A stretch of 64,000 nucleotides of DNA from Myxococcales bacterium (lineage in GTDB: Bacteria > Desulfobacterota > Binatia > HRBIN30): positions 128,001 through 192,000 of the forward strand of contig JBBILD010000003.1 in NCBI GenBank assembly GCA_037445065.1. The letters are read 5' to 3'. The position numbers and the translations under genes were made by a program. The notes beneath the pieces were generated by a model that saw only the letters and a list, made by a program, of their open reading frames with translations, ran no database searches and had not been told where the DNA came from. Below, piece by piece: positions 40,181-50,167 of the stretch (its first letter is position 1; each line of letters starts with the position of its first letter).

Positions 40181-40223
40181 ATGCTTGCAGTGCATTGTCC
40201 ATTAAATCGAGCCAACCGGCGAG

Positions 40224-41663
40224 TCAAGTTTGCACAGGACCAGCGCTACTTTCTGAGGCAAGTCGGGCCACAGCTTGCAAGGCTCCGTCCAGACGCCGCA
40301 GGGTCCGTTCCTTGCCGAGCAACGACACCACTTCGAAGATACCGGGACTCACTGTACCGCCGGTGAGGGCGACACGAACTGGCTGAGCCAGTTGGCCGAG
40401 CGAGAGCCCGAACGTGGTCTGGACCTCCGCGAACGTAGTGCGCACACACTCAACCGTCCATCCTTCGAGTTTGGCGAACTGCTCCCGCAATGCCTGGAGG
40501 GCAGGCAACACCGAGGGGCTGAAGAACTTGCGCAGAAGTGCGGCAGGAGGCTCGACCTCACTCACGAAGAAAAAGCGGCCTTGTTCCACCATATCCACCA
40601 GTGTCTTTGCACGCTCCTGAAGCGTGGCAACAACAGCGGCCAGCCACTCGTCGTTGCCCGGGATAGGTAGCCCCTGAGCGTTAAGGTAGGGTTTGATCCG
40701 TTGGGCAAGTTCATGCGTAGGGGTCGCCTTGATGTACTGGAAATTGAGCCACTCCAGCTTCTCTGCGTTGTAGATTCCTGCAGACTTGCCGACGTTTTCC
40801 AGGCTGAACTTTTCGATCAATTCGTCCCGCGAAAAGATTTCCTGGTCCCCGTGCGACCAGCCGAGCCGCGCCAGAAAGTTCACGAGCGCATCTGGTAGGT
40901 ATCCCATGTCCCGGTAAGCGAGCACGGAAGTCGCCCCATGCCGCTTGCTCAAGCGGGTCCGGTCCGGCCCGAGAATCTGCGGTACATGTGCAAACTCAGG
41001 TACTGGATACCCTAGCGCTCGGTAAATTTGGATCTGTTTCGGCGTGTTCGTGAGGTGATCATCGCCCCGGATCACGTGCGAGATACGCATGGTTGCATCG
41101 TCAACCACCACGCACAGGTTGTAGGTGGGGCTCCCATCCGAGCGCACGATGATGAGGTCATCCAGTTCTTCGTGTTCAAAGGCCACGGGACCTTTCACGA
41201 GGTCGTGCACCACCGTTACGCCGTCCGTGGGCATTTTGAAGCGGATTGCAAACGGGGCGCCGGTTACTCCCTCGGGTCGCGCCCGACAACTTCGGTCGTA
41301 AACAGGCTTGCGGCCTTCACGCAACGCCAGTTCTCTCTTCGCTTCCAGCTCCTGCGGAGAGCAGTAACAACGATACGCGTGGCCAGATGCGAGGAGACGT
41401 TCAGCGTGCTCGCGATAAAGATCGAGCCGCTCGCTCTGAAAGTACGGTCCCTCGTCCCAGTCCAACTTGAGCCAGCGCAACGCTTCGAGAATCGCTTCGA
41501 TAGCCTCGTTGGTGGAACGTTCGCGATCCGTGTCTTCGATACGGAGAACGAACTTTCCCTTATGGTGGCGTGCAAACAGATAACTGAAGAGCGCAGTGCG
41601 GGCACCGCCCAGGTGCAAATAACCAGTTGGGCTGGGAGCGAATCGAGTGCGAACCTCGGCCAT
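40224..41663 (-). CDS. gltX: Glutamate--tRNA ligase
   Basis: RFAPSPTGYLHLGG, RIEDTD, IRGDDH, RLSKRHG. Confidence 0.97.
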   Translation of the reverse strand: MAEVRTRFAPSPTGYLHLGGARTALFSYLFARHHKGKFVLRIEDTDRERSTNEAIEAILEALRWLKLDWDEGPYFQSERLDLYREHAERLLASGHAYRCYCSPQELEAKRELALREGRKPVYDRSCRARPEGVTGAPFAIRFKMPTDGVTVVHDLVKGPVAFEHEELDDLIIVRSDGSPTYNLCVVVDDATMRISHVIRGDDHLTNTPKQIQIYRALGYPVPEFAHVPQILGPDRTRLSKRHGATSVLAYRDMGYLPDALVNFLARLGWSHGDQEIFSRDELIEKFSLENVGKSAGIYNAEKLEWLNFQYIKATPTHELAQRIKPYLNAQGLPIPGNDEWLAAVVATLQERAKTLVDMVEQGRFFFVSEVEPPAALLRKFFSPSVLPALQALREQFAKLEGWTVECVRTTFAEVQTTFGLSLGQLAQPVRVALTGGTVSPGIFEVVSLLGKERTLRRLDGALQAVARLASESSAGPVQT

Positions 41664-41720
41664 CGCGACGTGTTCGCCCGCCTAACAACGGCCCAGGGGG
41701 CTGTCAACGCGAAGGCGGCT

Positions 41721-42536
41721 TCATGGTTCGAACCGAGGTGCTGCAGCAATTCCCAAGGCAGCGAGCTGCTGGAGGAGTTCTTTGCGGTAATCCGCAAAGG
41801 ATCGCTCTTGCGCAAGCCAAGACTCATCGTCACAGACCTCTGCGACGCCAACCGCCCAAGGTGCTTGCAGGCGCAAACAGAAGATGCGTAACCGGCTTGG
41901 GTCACGTTCATCGCCAAGCACTGCTGCTCGAAGTGAAGACACGGGAGCCTCTAGCCAGATGGGAGTGGCGAGCGCATCCGGATCGCTAGCAGCTTCGATC
42001 GACGGGAAATCAGCTTCCCACGGCTCGGGTCCCCGATCGGGCTCGACTCCTTCCGAAACCACGCGAGCGATTAGGGCTGCTGCTTCTTGCGGCGATAACA
42101 AAGGATTCAGACCGCGCCGCCGTTCACGATGCACTTCGATGGGAACGTAAGCGACGGCGTTCGGCATCGCCGGCGTCGCGTGCGCGAAAATCTGAGGCAA
42201 AAGGAGTTGCAGGCGCTCCCAATCCTCTGCTTGGATGGCTGCCAGGGCAGCAAGGTAGGCGGGAGTTTTCCGTTGTTGCTCCAGGCGTTCTCGCCAAGCC
42301 TCGAGCAGCGCTCGAACTCGCTCGGCGTAGAGCGGCAGGGCGTCCGCTTCGGGTTTTCGGGCTTCTTTGCCAGCGCGGGCGATGGTGCGTAGCTCGGCTC
42401 CAAGTCGTTGCAGTTCCGGGAGCAGGGTATGCTCCACCTCAGGAGCCAAGGGAGCGAACTGGCGTGCTGAGGCGTAGATCGAACCCAGGTCTTGCATTGC
42501 TTGTTCGAGTGCCCACAGGTCTTCGACGTTCACCAC
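41721..42536 (-). CDS. Hypothetical protein (helical N-terminal half)
   Basis: 271-aa ORF filling the gltX-hisC gap with protein-like composition. No motif recognised. Confidence 0.65.
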   Translation of the reverse strand: MVNVEDLWALEQAMQDLGSIYASARQFAPLAPEVEHTLLPELQRLGAELRTIARAGKEARKPEADALPLYAERVRALLEAWRERLEQQRKTPAYLAALAAIQAEDWERLQLLLPQIFAHATPAMPNAVAYVPIEVHRERRRGLNPLLSPQEAAALIARVVSEGVEPDRGPEPWEADFPSIEAASDPDALATPIWLEAPVSSLRAAVLGDERDPSRLRIFCLRLQAPWAVGVAEVCDDESWLAQERSFADYRKELLQQLAALGIAAAPRFEP

Positions 42537-42615
42537 AGCGCGTTTTTAATAGCTTTGCTCAGGAGCCACATGCAGCTCGTTTGAGCCGACCAACCGCCTG
42601 CGTTAGAGGAGCTGC

Positions 42616-43671
42616 ATGTCCATGCCTTGGGTAAGAACCGCGGTGGCGGCGATGACAGGCTACGTTCCGGGCGAGCAACCTCGCGGCGGGCAAGTGATCA
42701 AGCTCAACACCAATGAGAACCCGTATCCCCCGTCTCCGAAGGTAGCGGAGGCGGTGAGACGTGCGCTGGATACGGACCTTCGCCTTTACCCCGATCCTGA
42801 GGCGAATCCGTTGCGTGAGGCTGCGGCCCGGCAGTACGGATTCAGTCCTGAGCAAGTGTTGGTTGGTAACGGGTCGGATGAGCTTCTTTCGTTGATTCTC
42901 CGGGCCTGTGTGGATCCTGGGGACGTGGTTGGTTACCCGTGGCCCACGTACTCCTTGTACGACGTGTTGGTGGCCATCGAAGGAGGCCGGCCAGAGCATC
43001 ACGAGTTCGGGGCCCTGGATCGGTTGCCACAGGGACTCTGGGGGAGCAAGGCGAAGGTTGTGTTCGTGTGCCATCCGAACTCTCCCACGTCCGTAGGCAT
43101 TGAAATTGAGGACATCGAAAATCTCGTGCGGCATCGACCAGACGTCTTGGTGGTGGTTGACGAGGCGTATGCGGACTTTGCTGATTGGACAGCGCTCGGC
43201 TTGGTCAGAGAGTACGAGAACGTTCTGGTGCTGCGGTCGTTCTCTAAGTCTTTCTCACTCGCTGGTCTCCGGCTGGGACTCGCCTTTGCCGCCCCCGCGA
43301 TGATCGCGGAACTCATGAAAGTGAAAGACTCGTACAACGTGGACCGATTGGCGATTGCTGCCGGGGTGGCTGCACTCGAGGATTACGGCTGGATGCAGGA
43401 GAATGTACGTAGAATCCGCGCGACCCGTGACTTGCTGACGACAGAGTTGCGTGCGCTCGGTTTTGAGGTGCCCAACAGCCAGGCCAATTTCGTTTTCGCG
43501 CGAATCCCTGGAAAGGACTTACGGGGCTTGTTCGAAGCCCTCCGCTCCCAGGGAATTCTCGTCCGCCATTTCGCGACTGAGGGGCTACGGGACGCAGTGC
43601 GCATCACCGTCGGCACCGACGAAGAAGTGCGAACTCTCTTGGCGGCGCTGCATGCAATCGCGCTGCGTTGA
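42616..43671 (+). CDS. hisC: Histidinol-phosphate aminotransferase
   Basis: YVPGEQP, KLNTNENPYPPSP, GNGSDE, DEAYADF, RSFSKSFSLAGLRLG. Confidence 0.95.
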   Translation: MSMPWVRTAVAAMTGYVPGEQPRGGQVIKLNTNENPYPPSPKVAEAVRRALDTDLRLYPDPEANPLREAAARQYGFSPEQVLVGNGSDELLSLILRACVDPGDVVGYPWPTYSLYDVLVAIEGGRPEHHEFGALDRLPQGLWGSKAKVVFVCHPNSPTSVGIEIEDIENLVRHRPDVLVVVDEAYADFADWTALGLVREYENVLVLRSFSKSFSLAGLRLGLAFAAPAMIAELMKVKDSYNVDRLAIAAGVAALEDYGWMQENVRRIRATRDLLTTELRALGFEVPNSQANFVFARIPGKDLRGLFEALRSQGILVRHFATEGLRDAVRITVGTDEEVRTLLAALHAIALR

Positions 43672-43681
43672 AAGGCCCTTT

Positions 43682-45109
43682 TCAGTCGATGGGTTCGTCC
43701 TCGAACGGCTCCTCGTCTTCCTCGGCCGCAGTCGGTGTCGGGCCTCCGGGAGTGGGGGTCGGCTTCTCGAGGAAGTCTTGAGGCTGCTTCTGCAGGCGGG
43801 TGACCACGTAGTCGCGGATCTTGTAAACAGTGGGGGACGCGGAACCTTGGGCGTAGTAGTCCTTCGTTCCTTGCTCGTTGGTTACCGCACCGATGCGGAT
43901 GTCACCGAGCGGTTTTTGCTCCTGGCCGAACACGGAAATCCGCAACAGAGGTTCATGTAAGCCGTAGCGGTCGAGGTGTTCGGGGTTGTCGGTGGCGACT
44001 TCGTAGCCGCGTAGATCGTGCACGTCGTCAATCCACATCTGGAGCGTATTGCTCGCCGGATTTCCTTCCACACCTTCGATGCCCCATTGGTCCTTGTCTT
44101 TTCTTACCAAGCGGAAGGAAGTTCCGTCCCAGCGCGCGACGTGGATTTCGTATGCTTGCTCCTTTTCGAAACTCAGCACGGTTTTGTCCCGCAGGTCTGA
44201 CAATGTCTTATTCACGTCGCGCCACACCCAGTCGCTAACCGCGTAGACGGTGGGGAAGGCGCTCGTTTGCAGGTAGATCTCTGTTTTTCTGTCAGGGTTC
44301 TCCGAGCCAAACCAAACCTGTTTCTCTGCTTGATCTTTTCCTAGGAAGAGAACAATCTTCAGCCTTGGCTTATCCAGCCCAAAACGCGAGAGATCGCTTG
44401 GCTGATCAGCTGGGAAGTCTACGGCGCGCATCGTGCGAAGCGTGGAGAGCAGCGAGCGCACGACGGTCGCGTCTGCCGGGTACTGAGCAGGCTGCTCGAT
44501 CAGCCATTTGCCATCCTTACGAGTGACCGTCACCGTATCTTCAGGCCGCACAAGGGCGAAGCGTTGAACTTCGTCGTCTGCAAAGCTGAGGATGGTCTTG
44601 TCGCGGAGGTCCTTGACTTGCTTGTCCAGGCCCGAGCGGAAGGATGAGCTAACAAGTAGAACCTTTCCCGTATCGGCGCGACGAGCGTATGCGGAAAAGC
44701 CAACCGGCGCGTTTTTTCCCACGGCGATCGCGGGTAGCTCGCGGTCTTTGAGCTTCACAGTGACCGAGACGAAGGGCTGGTCTAAGCCGAACGGAGCAAG
44801 GTCGGATGGGTTTTCCTCGACCTCGCGCTTCACTTCGCATTCGGCGATCGCCTGGATCAAGTTTTTGACCGCAAGCTCGTCTGCAGCCGCATCGACTGGT
44901 TGCACGAGGCGCCAGTGGTCGCCCACCTTACGAAGAATGACTTCCCGATCCTGGTACTTCAGAAGGACTTCGGTAACGTCTTCCGAGTTGAAATCATACA
45001 GCCTTTTGGCCTTCTGCTCCGCGCGCTCGCTGGGGATCTCCCAATAATACAAGTAGGCGACCAATCCTCCGAGAATCAGCAGGAGAAATAATGTGGTCCG
45101 AAGCCGCAT
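43682..45109 (-). CDS. DUF4340 domain protein (three repeats)
   Basis: N-terminal membrane anchor and repeated (F/Y)GLxxP and DLRDKT units. Last gene of the Gld-like ABC operon. Confidence 0.85.
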   Translation of the reverse strand: MRLRTTLFLLLILGGLVAYLYYWEIPSERAEQKAKRLYDFNSEDVTEVLLKYQDREVILRKVGDHWRLVQPVDAAADELAVKNLIQAIAECEVKREVEENPSDLAPFGLDQPFVSVTVKLKDRELPAIAVGKNAPVGFSAYARRADTGKVLLVSSSFRSGLDKQVKDLRDKTILSFADDEVQRFALVRPEDTVTVTRKDGKWLIEQPAQYPADATVVRSLLSTLRTMRAVDFPADQPSDLSRFGLDKPRLKIVLFLGKDQAEKQVWFGSENPDRKTEIYLQTSAFPTVYAVSDWVWRDVNKTLSDLRDKTVLSFEKEQAYEIHVARWDGTSFRLVRKDKDQWGIEGVEGNPASNTLQMWIDDVHDLRGYEVATDNPEHLDRYGLHEPLLRISVFGQEQKPLGDIRIGAVTNEQGTKDYYAQGSASPTVYKIRDYVVTRLQKQPQDFLEKPTPTPGGPTPTAAEEDEEPFEDEPID

Positions 45110-45151
45110 GGTTGTCGCAACCTTACGGAACTGCGCTTACCAATGCTCGGA

Positions 45152-46705
45152 TCAATCCCTGCGCCACCAAACAGCGATCCCGGTGAGCATGATGAGTTGC
45201 GGGATGAGCAGGACCGTGAGGTAGAACACCGTCAGGCTTTGTTGCGCGGTGAACTGGACTCGGGATGCCCGGATGCCGCGAGGCCGAATCGACACCAGAT
45301 CGCTTTCCCCGACGAGCCATCCGACCGCGTTGAGCAAGAGGTCGCGGTTGAAGTACGTACCGTCCAGCTCCCGATTCGACGCGAACTCAATACTGCCGAA
45401 CGCAACCACTCGAACCGTTCCTTCCTTGTCCTTGCCTAAGTCTTTGAGGCTGGCTTCGGCTGCTGCGGCCACAGAGACCGGTCCCTTGGTGTCTGCGCTG
45501 GGATCGAGGCTTGCTTCGCCGCGCTGGAAGACTCCGTCCAGGTCGGTCTCTGCCCAGCTGGACGGGCTAGTCTTGACGAGGTCCACCGCCGTAATTCCGG
45601 TTTTCCCGGCCGCGTCCGCCTTGACCGTGCGCGTCATCGGGAACACAGTGCGTTGGCGAAAATCGCGAGTGATCTCGTGCACGCCGTAGGTATTTGCCAG
45701 CGGCGTCAAGCCCAGAGCCGGTCCCTGGAAAAGTCGCACGACCTGGTCGACGACAACGTCGTTGCCCAGCTTGATTCCCCACTTGGCTAGCAGAGGTTCG
45801 AACTGATTCCCGGTCCGTGGCGGCACCAGAAATAGAGCCCGACCACTGTTCTCGAGGTAGGACTCGAGCGCTTGCATTTCATGGTCTAGAAAAGGCTTTT
45901 GTGGCCCGGCAACGACAACCAGAGAACAGTCAGATGGAATCGTTGCCTCTGCGGCGAGTAACACCTTTTTGACTTCGTAGTTTTCGTTCGTGAGTGCGTT
46001 GCGGAAGCTTGCCAGTCCCTTTGCGCTCTGTACGTCGTCGAGGTCCGGCTCGCCGTGACCTTCGATGACGCAAACGACTTTTTTTGTCGTTCGGGTGACT
46101 TTGATGATCGCGTTCGTGAGGTTCTCTTCGGTTGGCTGGGTGACCATGGTGCTCTCGTTGCCGTATTCCACTCGTACCGTGTTGTAGGTGCGCACCTGGT
46201 ACTTCTCAGCCAGTTCGGGCCGTTTATCGGGATCAATGAGTTCGAAGGAAACTTTGTCCGAGTAGCGGGCGTAATTTGCCAGCAAGTCCCGCAGTTCCGG
46301 ATTGATTCCACCCTCCACGAAGGCAAGGAGCTTCAGGTTGTCCTTAAGGTTTTTGACGACATTCACGGACTGCTCGGACAAGCTGTAGACCTTCTGTTCG
46401 GTGAGGTCGAATCGCTTGCTATGCCGCACTCCTAAGTAATTCAGGACACCTAAGATCGCGAGAAAGACCACGGAGCCGATCACGACGTTCGTCCCGTATC
46501 GTGTCGAGCGTTCCGTGACCATAGTGCGGAACTGCTCCAGCCCCGCGCTCACGTAGGCAATGAGGCAGAAGAGACCACCGACTGCATTGGCGACGACATA
46601 AGCGAGGTCAATCGTTGTCTGTAGGCCGGTGAACGCGGCGGCCAGTGCGGCGAAGGTCAGCAATACCAAGCCAATCAGACCAAAGAGGGCGTTATTACGA
46701 CGCAC
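45152..46705 (-). CDS. GldG-like ABC transporter auxiliary protein
   Basis: RFDLTEQKVYSLS, IDPDKRP, EENLTNAIIKV, GHGE, VVAGP and a C-terminal TM followed by WWRR. Confidence 0.88.
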   Translation of the reverse strand: MRRNNALFGLIGLVLLTFAALAAAFTGLQTTIDLAYVVANAVGGLFCLIAYVSAGLEQFRTMVTERSTRYGTNVVIGSVVFLAILGVLNYLGVRHSKRFDLTEQKVYSLSEQSVNVVKNLKDNLKLLAFVEGGINPELRDLLANYARYSDKVSFELIDPDKRPELAEKYQVRTYNTVRVEYGNESTMVTQPTEENLTNAIIKVTRTTKKVVCVIEGHGEPDLDDVQSAKGLASFRNALTNENYEVKKVLLAAEATIPSDCSLVVVAGPQKPFLDHEMQALESYLENSGRALFLVPPRTGNQFEPLLAKWGIKLGNDVVVDQVVRLFQGPALGLTPLANTYGVHEITRDFRQRTVFPMTRTVKADAAGKTGITAVDLVKTSPSSWAETDLDGVFQRGEASLDPSADTKGPVSVAAAAEASLKDLGKDKEGTVRVVAFGSIEFASNRELDGTYFNRDLLLNAVGWLVGESDLVSIRPRGIRASRVQFTAQQSLTVFYLTVLLIPQLIMLTGIAVWWRRD

Positions 46706-46708
46706 CGC

Positions 46709-47482
46709 TTACCTCCAGCGTACCGATTCCACGGAGCGATGGGTCAGGTACAGCGTTCCGACAATGAGGCTCGCGAAATACACCAGGTCCTTGGTTTCGA
46801 TGACGCCGCGGACCATTTCCGAGAAGTGCTCTGTCACGGACAGGTACTTCAGCACTGCTGCCAACGTCGCTCCCGCTGTCTCGGCCGGCCAAGAGATCAC
46901 GTACAGGAGTAGCAGGACAATGAGGCAGCTCACGGCGGCGACGATCTGGTTGTCAGTAAACGAGGACGTCAAAAGCCCGACGCTGGCGAAGGAGACGGCC
47001 AAGAGAAAGAGCCCGAGGTAACCAGAGAGGATCATGCCCACCTCCGGGTTACCCCAGAGCAGGAGGATGGCTGGGTAAACCGCGGTGAGCGACAGCATGA
47101 TGACCAAGAAGGTTACCACCCCGAGAAACTTCCCGAGAACAATCTCGGCAATGGATAGCGGCGACGTCAACAACAATTCGTACGTGCCCGCTCGTTTTTC
47201 CTCCGCAAAGGAACGCATGGTGATGACCGGAATGAGGATGATGAGCACTACAGAGAGGTTCCCTAACAAGGGAGCCACGACCATTTCATTCAGGTTGAGG
47301 CGCATCTGCACTTCAGCACTGCGGAAACCCATGTAAATCTGGACCAAGAAGTTGAAGCGGTTCAGCAAGTTAAAGAAGAACCAACCGCCGAGCAGCATGA
47401 AGCCGGTCAACACGACGTAGGCGATTGGCGAAACGAATGCTGAGCGCAGTTCCTTGCCGGCAATCGTGAAGGCGTTCTTCAT
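46709..47482 (-). CDS. GldF-like ABC-2 permease
   Basis: KELRSAFVSPIAY, TMRSFAEEKRAGTYELLLTSP, NQIVAA. Confidence 0.9.
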   Translation of the reverse strand: MKNAFTIAGKELRSAFVSPIAYVVLTGFMLLGGWFFFNLLNRFNFLVQIYMGFRSAEVQMRLNLNEMVVAPLLGNLSVVLIILIPVITMRSFAEEKRAGTYELLLTSPLSIAEIVLGKFLGVVTFLVIMLSLTAVYPAILLLWGNPEVGMILSGYLGLFLLAVSFASVGLLTSSFTDNQIVAAVSCLIVLLLLYVISWPAETAGATLAAVLKYLSVTEHFSEMVRGVIETKDLVYFASLIVGTLYLTHRSVESVRWR

Positions 47483-48225
47483 GATCCCGCCTCCTGTGCC
47501 GGGCCCTGTACCACCGCGTTGTCTTGCGTGATGTAATGCAAAAAAACCTGCTCGAGCGATGTTCCCCGCGTGAGCGTCTCCAGCATTTCCTCCACGACGA
47601 TTCGTCCTTGGTTGATGATCACCACCTTGTCACATAACTGCGTGACCTCGGGCAGAATGTGGGTCGAGAGAATCACCGTGCGGTTGCTCGCCAGTTCTTT
47701 GATCAAGGATCGAATGTCGATAATTTGTCTCGGGTCGAGTCCGATGGTCGGCTCGTCTAAGACGAGCACGTCCGGATTGTGAATCATCGCTTGTGCGAGT
47801 CCGACGCGCTGGCGGTATCCCTTCGACAAGTGCCCGATGACCCGCTGCGGGACGTCGGTCAGGCCGCATGCGCGCAAGACCCGATCCACCGCGTCGTTGA
47901 GCTCCGCTTTTGCTACGCCCCTGATCCGCCCCACAAACCGCAGGTAACTCAGTACCGTCATGTCGTTATAAAGCGGCGGGTTCTCGGGTAGGTAGCCAAT
48001 TCGCTTGCGGCACTCGTACGAGTGCTCGAAGATGTCGAAACCGGCGATTTTTACAGTGCCGCTGGTAGCTGGCATGAACCCCGTGATCACGCGCATCGTG
48101 GTGGTCTTGCCCGCACCGTTGGGACCGAGGAACCCGAGGATCTGGCCCTTGGCAGCAGTAAAACTGATGTTCGAGACCGCCACCAAGTCACCGTAGCGCT
48201 TAGTAAGATTCTTGACCTCGATCAT
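47479..48225 (-). CDS. GldA-like ABC transporter ATP-binding protein
   Basis: GPNGAGKTT, LSKGYRQRVGLAQA, LDEPTIGLDP, STHILPEV. Confidence 0.93.
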   Translation of the reverse strand: MIEVKNLTKRYGDLVAVSNISFTAAKGQILGFLGPNGAGKTTTMRVITGFMPATSGTVKIAGFDIFEHSYECRKRIGYLPENPPLYNDMTVLSYLRFVGRIRGVAKAELNDAVDRVLRACGLTDVPQRVIGHLSKGYRQRVGLAQAMIHNPDVLVLDEPTIGLDPRQIIDIRSLIKELASNRTVILSTHILPEVTQLCDKVVIINQGRIVVEEMLETLTRGTSLEQVFLHYITQDNAVVQGPAQEAGS

Positions 48226-48368
48226 GGGTGTTGCCCTATGACGACTTTTTCCGGAAAAGATTCAAGGGCAAAAGAAAAAATGCGGCGCGCTAAATAGTCA
48301 CCACTTGGCGCGCTGTCAACGCTAGGGCGCGCTCTAGGCCGTTCCTGGGCGTCGCCGTTTAGATGCGT

Positions 48369-49757
48369 TTAGATGCGCAATCGCTCCCACCGGTTTCCGG
48401 CAAAGCGCCAGGATTTGAGCGCGGCCCGTGCCACGTAGTCACCGATGAGGGCGAACCAGAGCCAGAAGAGGTTCCATTCGAGTACGTGGGTGACCAGGTA
48501 TCCACAGCCGAGACGTAAGCCGTAGAACCCGAGAAACACGGCGAGCAAGGGGAAACGGGTATCTCCAGCTCCCCGCAGCGCGCCGCCCAGCGTAAAATCA
48601 ATGGCCATAAAGGGTTGCGACAGGCCCAGTGCCCAGATGAACCACACGGTGTCGCGAATCACCTCGGCTTCAGCAACGAACAGCGATGCGATGTGTGTCG
48701 CAAAAGCAATAATGATCAAGCCCAACGCAGACATAAGGTACACCGACAGCCAGTTCGAGGTCCAGCCAGCGCGCCGTGCCAGCGCGGGTTGGTGGGCTCC
48801 GAGATTTTGCCCGACCAAGGCGGCAGCCGCCGCTGCGAAGCCATATCCGGGTAAGAAGGACATGGCGAGAATGCGAACCCCGATGAAGTAAGCGGCAATG
48901 GCACTGGTCCCGTAACGAGCTGCGAAGACGAGATAGATGAAGAACCCGATCTGCATCAGGATTTGCTCGATCGCGGTGGGGTAGCCAATGCGTAGTACGC
49001 GCCGGATCAAGGTGAAGTCTGGGCGCAAGTGGTAAGGCTCTAAGCGTAACGCAAGTTCCCCTCGCGCCAGCAATGCGAGCGACAGAATCAGCCCTACGCT
49101 GAACGAGATTGTTGTTGCCAGAGCCGACCCGCGCACGCCGAGGGCAGGGAAACCGAAGTGGCCGAAGATCAGCACGTAGTTTCCCGCGACGTTGAGGAGG
49201 TTGACGATCGCGCCGATCCACAGCGGGGTGCGTGTGTCTCCAGCTGCGCGCAGGGCGGATCCGATCACAAACAACATCGCGGATTGGGGGATCGAAAGCA
49301 TGACGATGCGCGTAAACGACGCAGCAAGTTCTCGCACTTCGGGCTGGATGCCGAACCAAGCCACGATGTGCGTGGCAAAGGCGATGACAGGTAAGATGCA
49401 AACAAGGGACAGCGCGGCACTGGCGAGAATGGATTGCCCCAGCACGCGCGCGGCGGCCTGGCGATCGCCCGCGCCCACGAAGCGTGCGACCAGTGCTAGC
49501 GTGCCGGTACCGACCGCCGTCATCGCAACGCTAACGCTGTTGAGCACCTGGGTCCCCACGCCGACAGCCGCGACTGCGTTCGCACCAAGCCGGCCGACCA
49601 TGAGCGTGTCCACAAGGCCGACCAACGAGTCCATTAAGAAGGTCACGATTACTGGCCAAGCAAGGGTCCAGATGGTGAGAACAAGTTCCTGTTGGCTCAA
49701 CTCCCGAGTGCGCTGCTGCGGGAGAGCCACAGAACTAGGGGGGAAATCGCCGTCCAT
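48369..49757 (-). CDS. MATE family efflux transporter
   Basis: LAWP, VDTLMVGRLG, GDTRTP, GVRGSALAT, LRGAGDT and about 12 TM segments. Confidence 0.92.
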   Translation of the reverse strand: MDGDFPPSSVALPQQRTRELSQQELVLTIWTLAWPVIVTFLMDSLVGLVDTLMVGRLGANAVAAVGVGTQVLNSVSVAMTAVGTGTLALVARFVGAGDRQAAARVLGQSILASAALSLVCILPVIAFATHIVAWFGIQPEVRELAASFTRIVMLSIPQSAMLFVIGSALRAAGDTRTPLWIGAIVNLLNVAGNYVLIFGHFGFPALGVRGSALATTISFSVGLILSLALLARGELALRLEPYHLRPDFTLIRRVLRIGYPTAIEQILMQIGFFIYLVFAARYGTSAIAAYFIGVRILAMSFLPGYGFAAAAAALVGQNLGAHQPALARRAGWTSNWLSVYLMSALGLIIIAFATHIASLFVAEAEVIRDTVWFIWALGLSQPFMAIDFTLGGALRGAGDTRFPLLAVFLGFYGLRLGCGYLVTHVLEWNLFWLWFALIGDYVARAALKSWRFAGNRWERLRI

Positions 49758-49803
49758 TCCTGAATTGGTGGAGCAGAAGTTGAGGACTCGAGAGGGTTGG
49801 AAT

Positions 49804-50163
49804 CTAACGCGGAGAAGCCAATGGCTCCCGCTGTGGCGGCCTCTTGCCGACGCTTCCAACGTAAGTCCAAGCGCGGAACGCACGCTGACGTCGGCCACCC
49901 AGGACTCTTACTTGCACGCGGTGGTAAAACTCACCTTCCTCTTCATAGGCGTCGAGCCGTTGCAGCGACTCGGGATCCACACCCAGGAGAAGCAGCCCGG
50001 CCACGAACTTCCCATCGGCGGGAAGGATGTAAGGGTAGCGGCCGGGCTCTTCGTACCGGCGGAAGCCAGGCAAGGTTGCTCGTACACTCCGGAAGGTGTG
50101 GCCCGTCACAGCTTGCACCACGGATTGGTTCGTCAGGGAGCCATAAACGAACACGTGAGCCAT
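49804..50163 (-). CDS. Gamma-glutamylcyclotransferase (AIG2-like) family protein
   Basis: HVFVYGSL, ATLPGFRR, YP, LDAYE, Y-R. Confidence 0.85.
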   Translation of the reverse strand: MAHVFVYGSLTNQSVVQAVTGHTFRSVRATLPGFRRYEEPGRYPYILPADGKFVAGLLLLGVDPESLQRLDAYEEEGEFYHRVQVRVLGGRRQRAFRAWTYVGSVGKRPPQREPLASPR

Positions 50164-50167
50164 GGTG

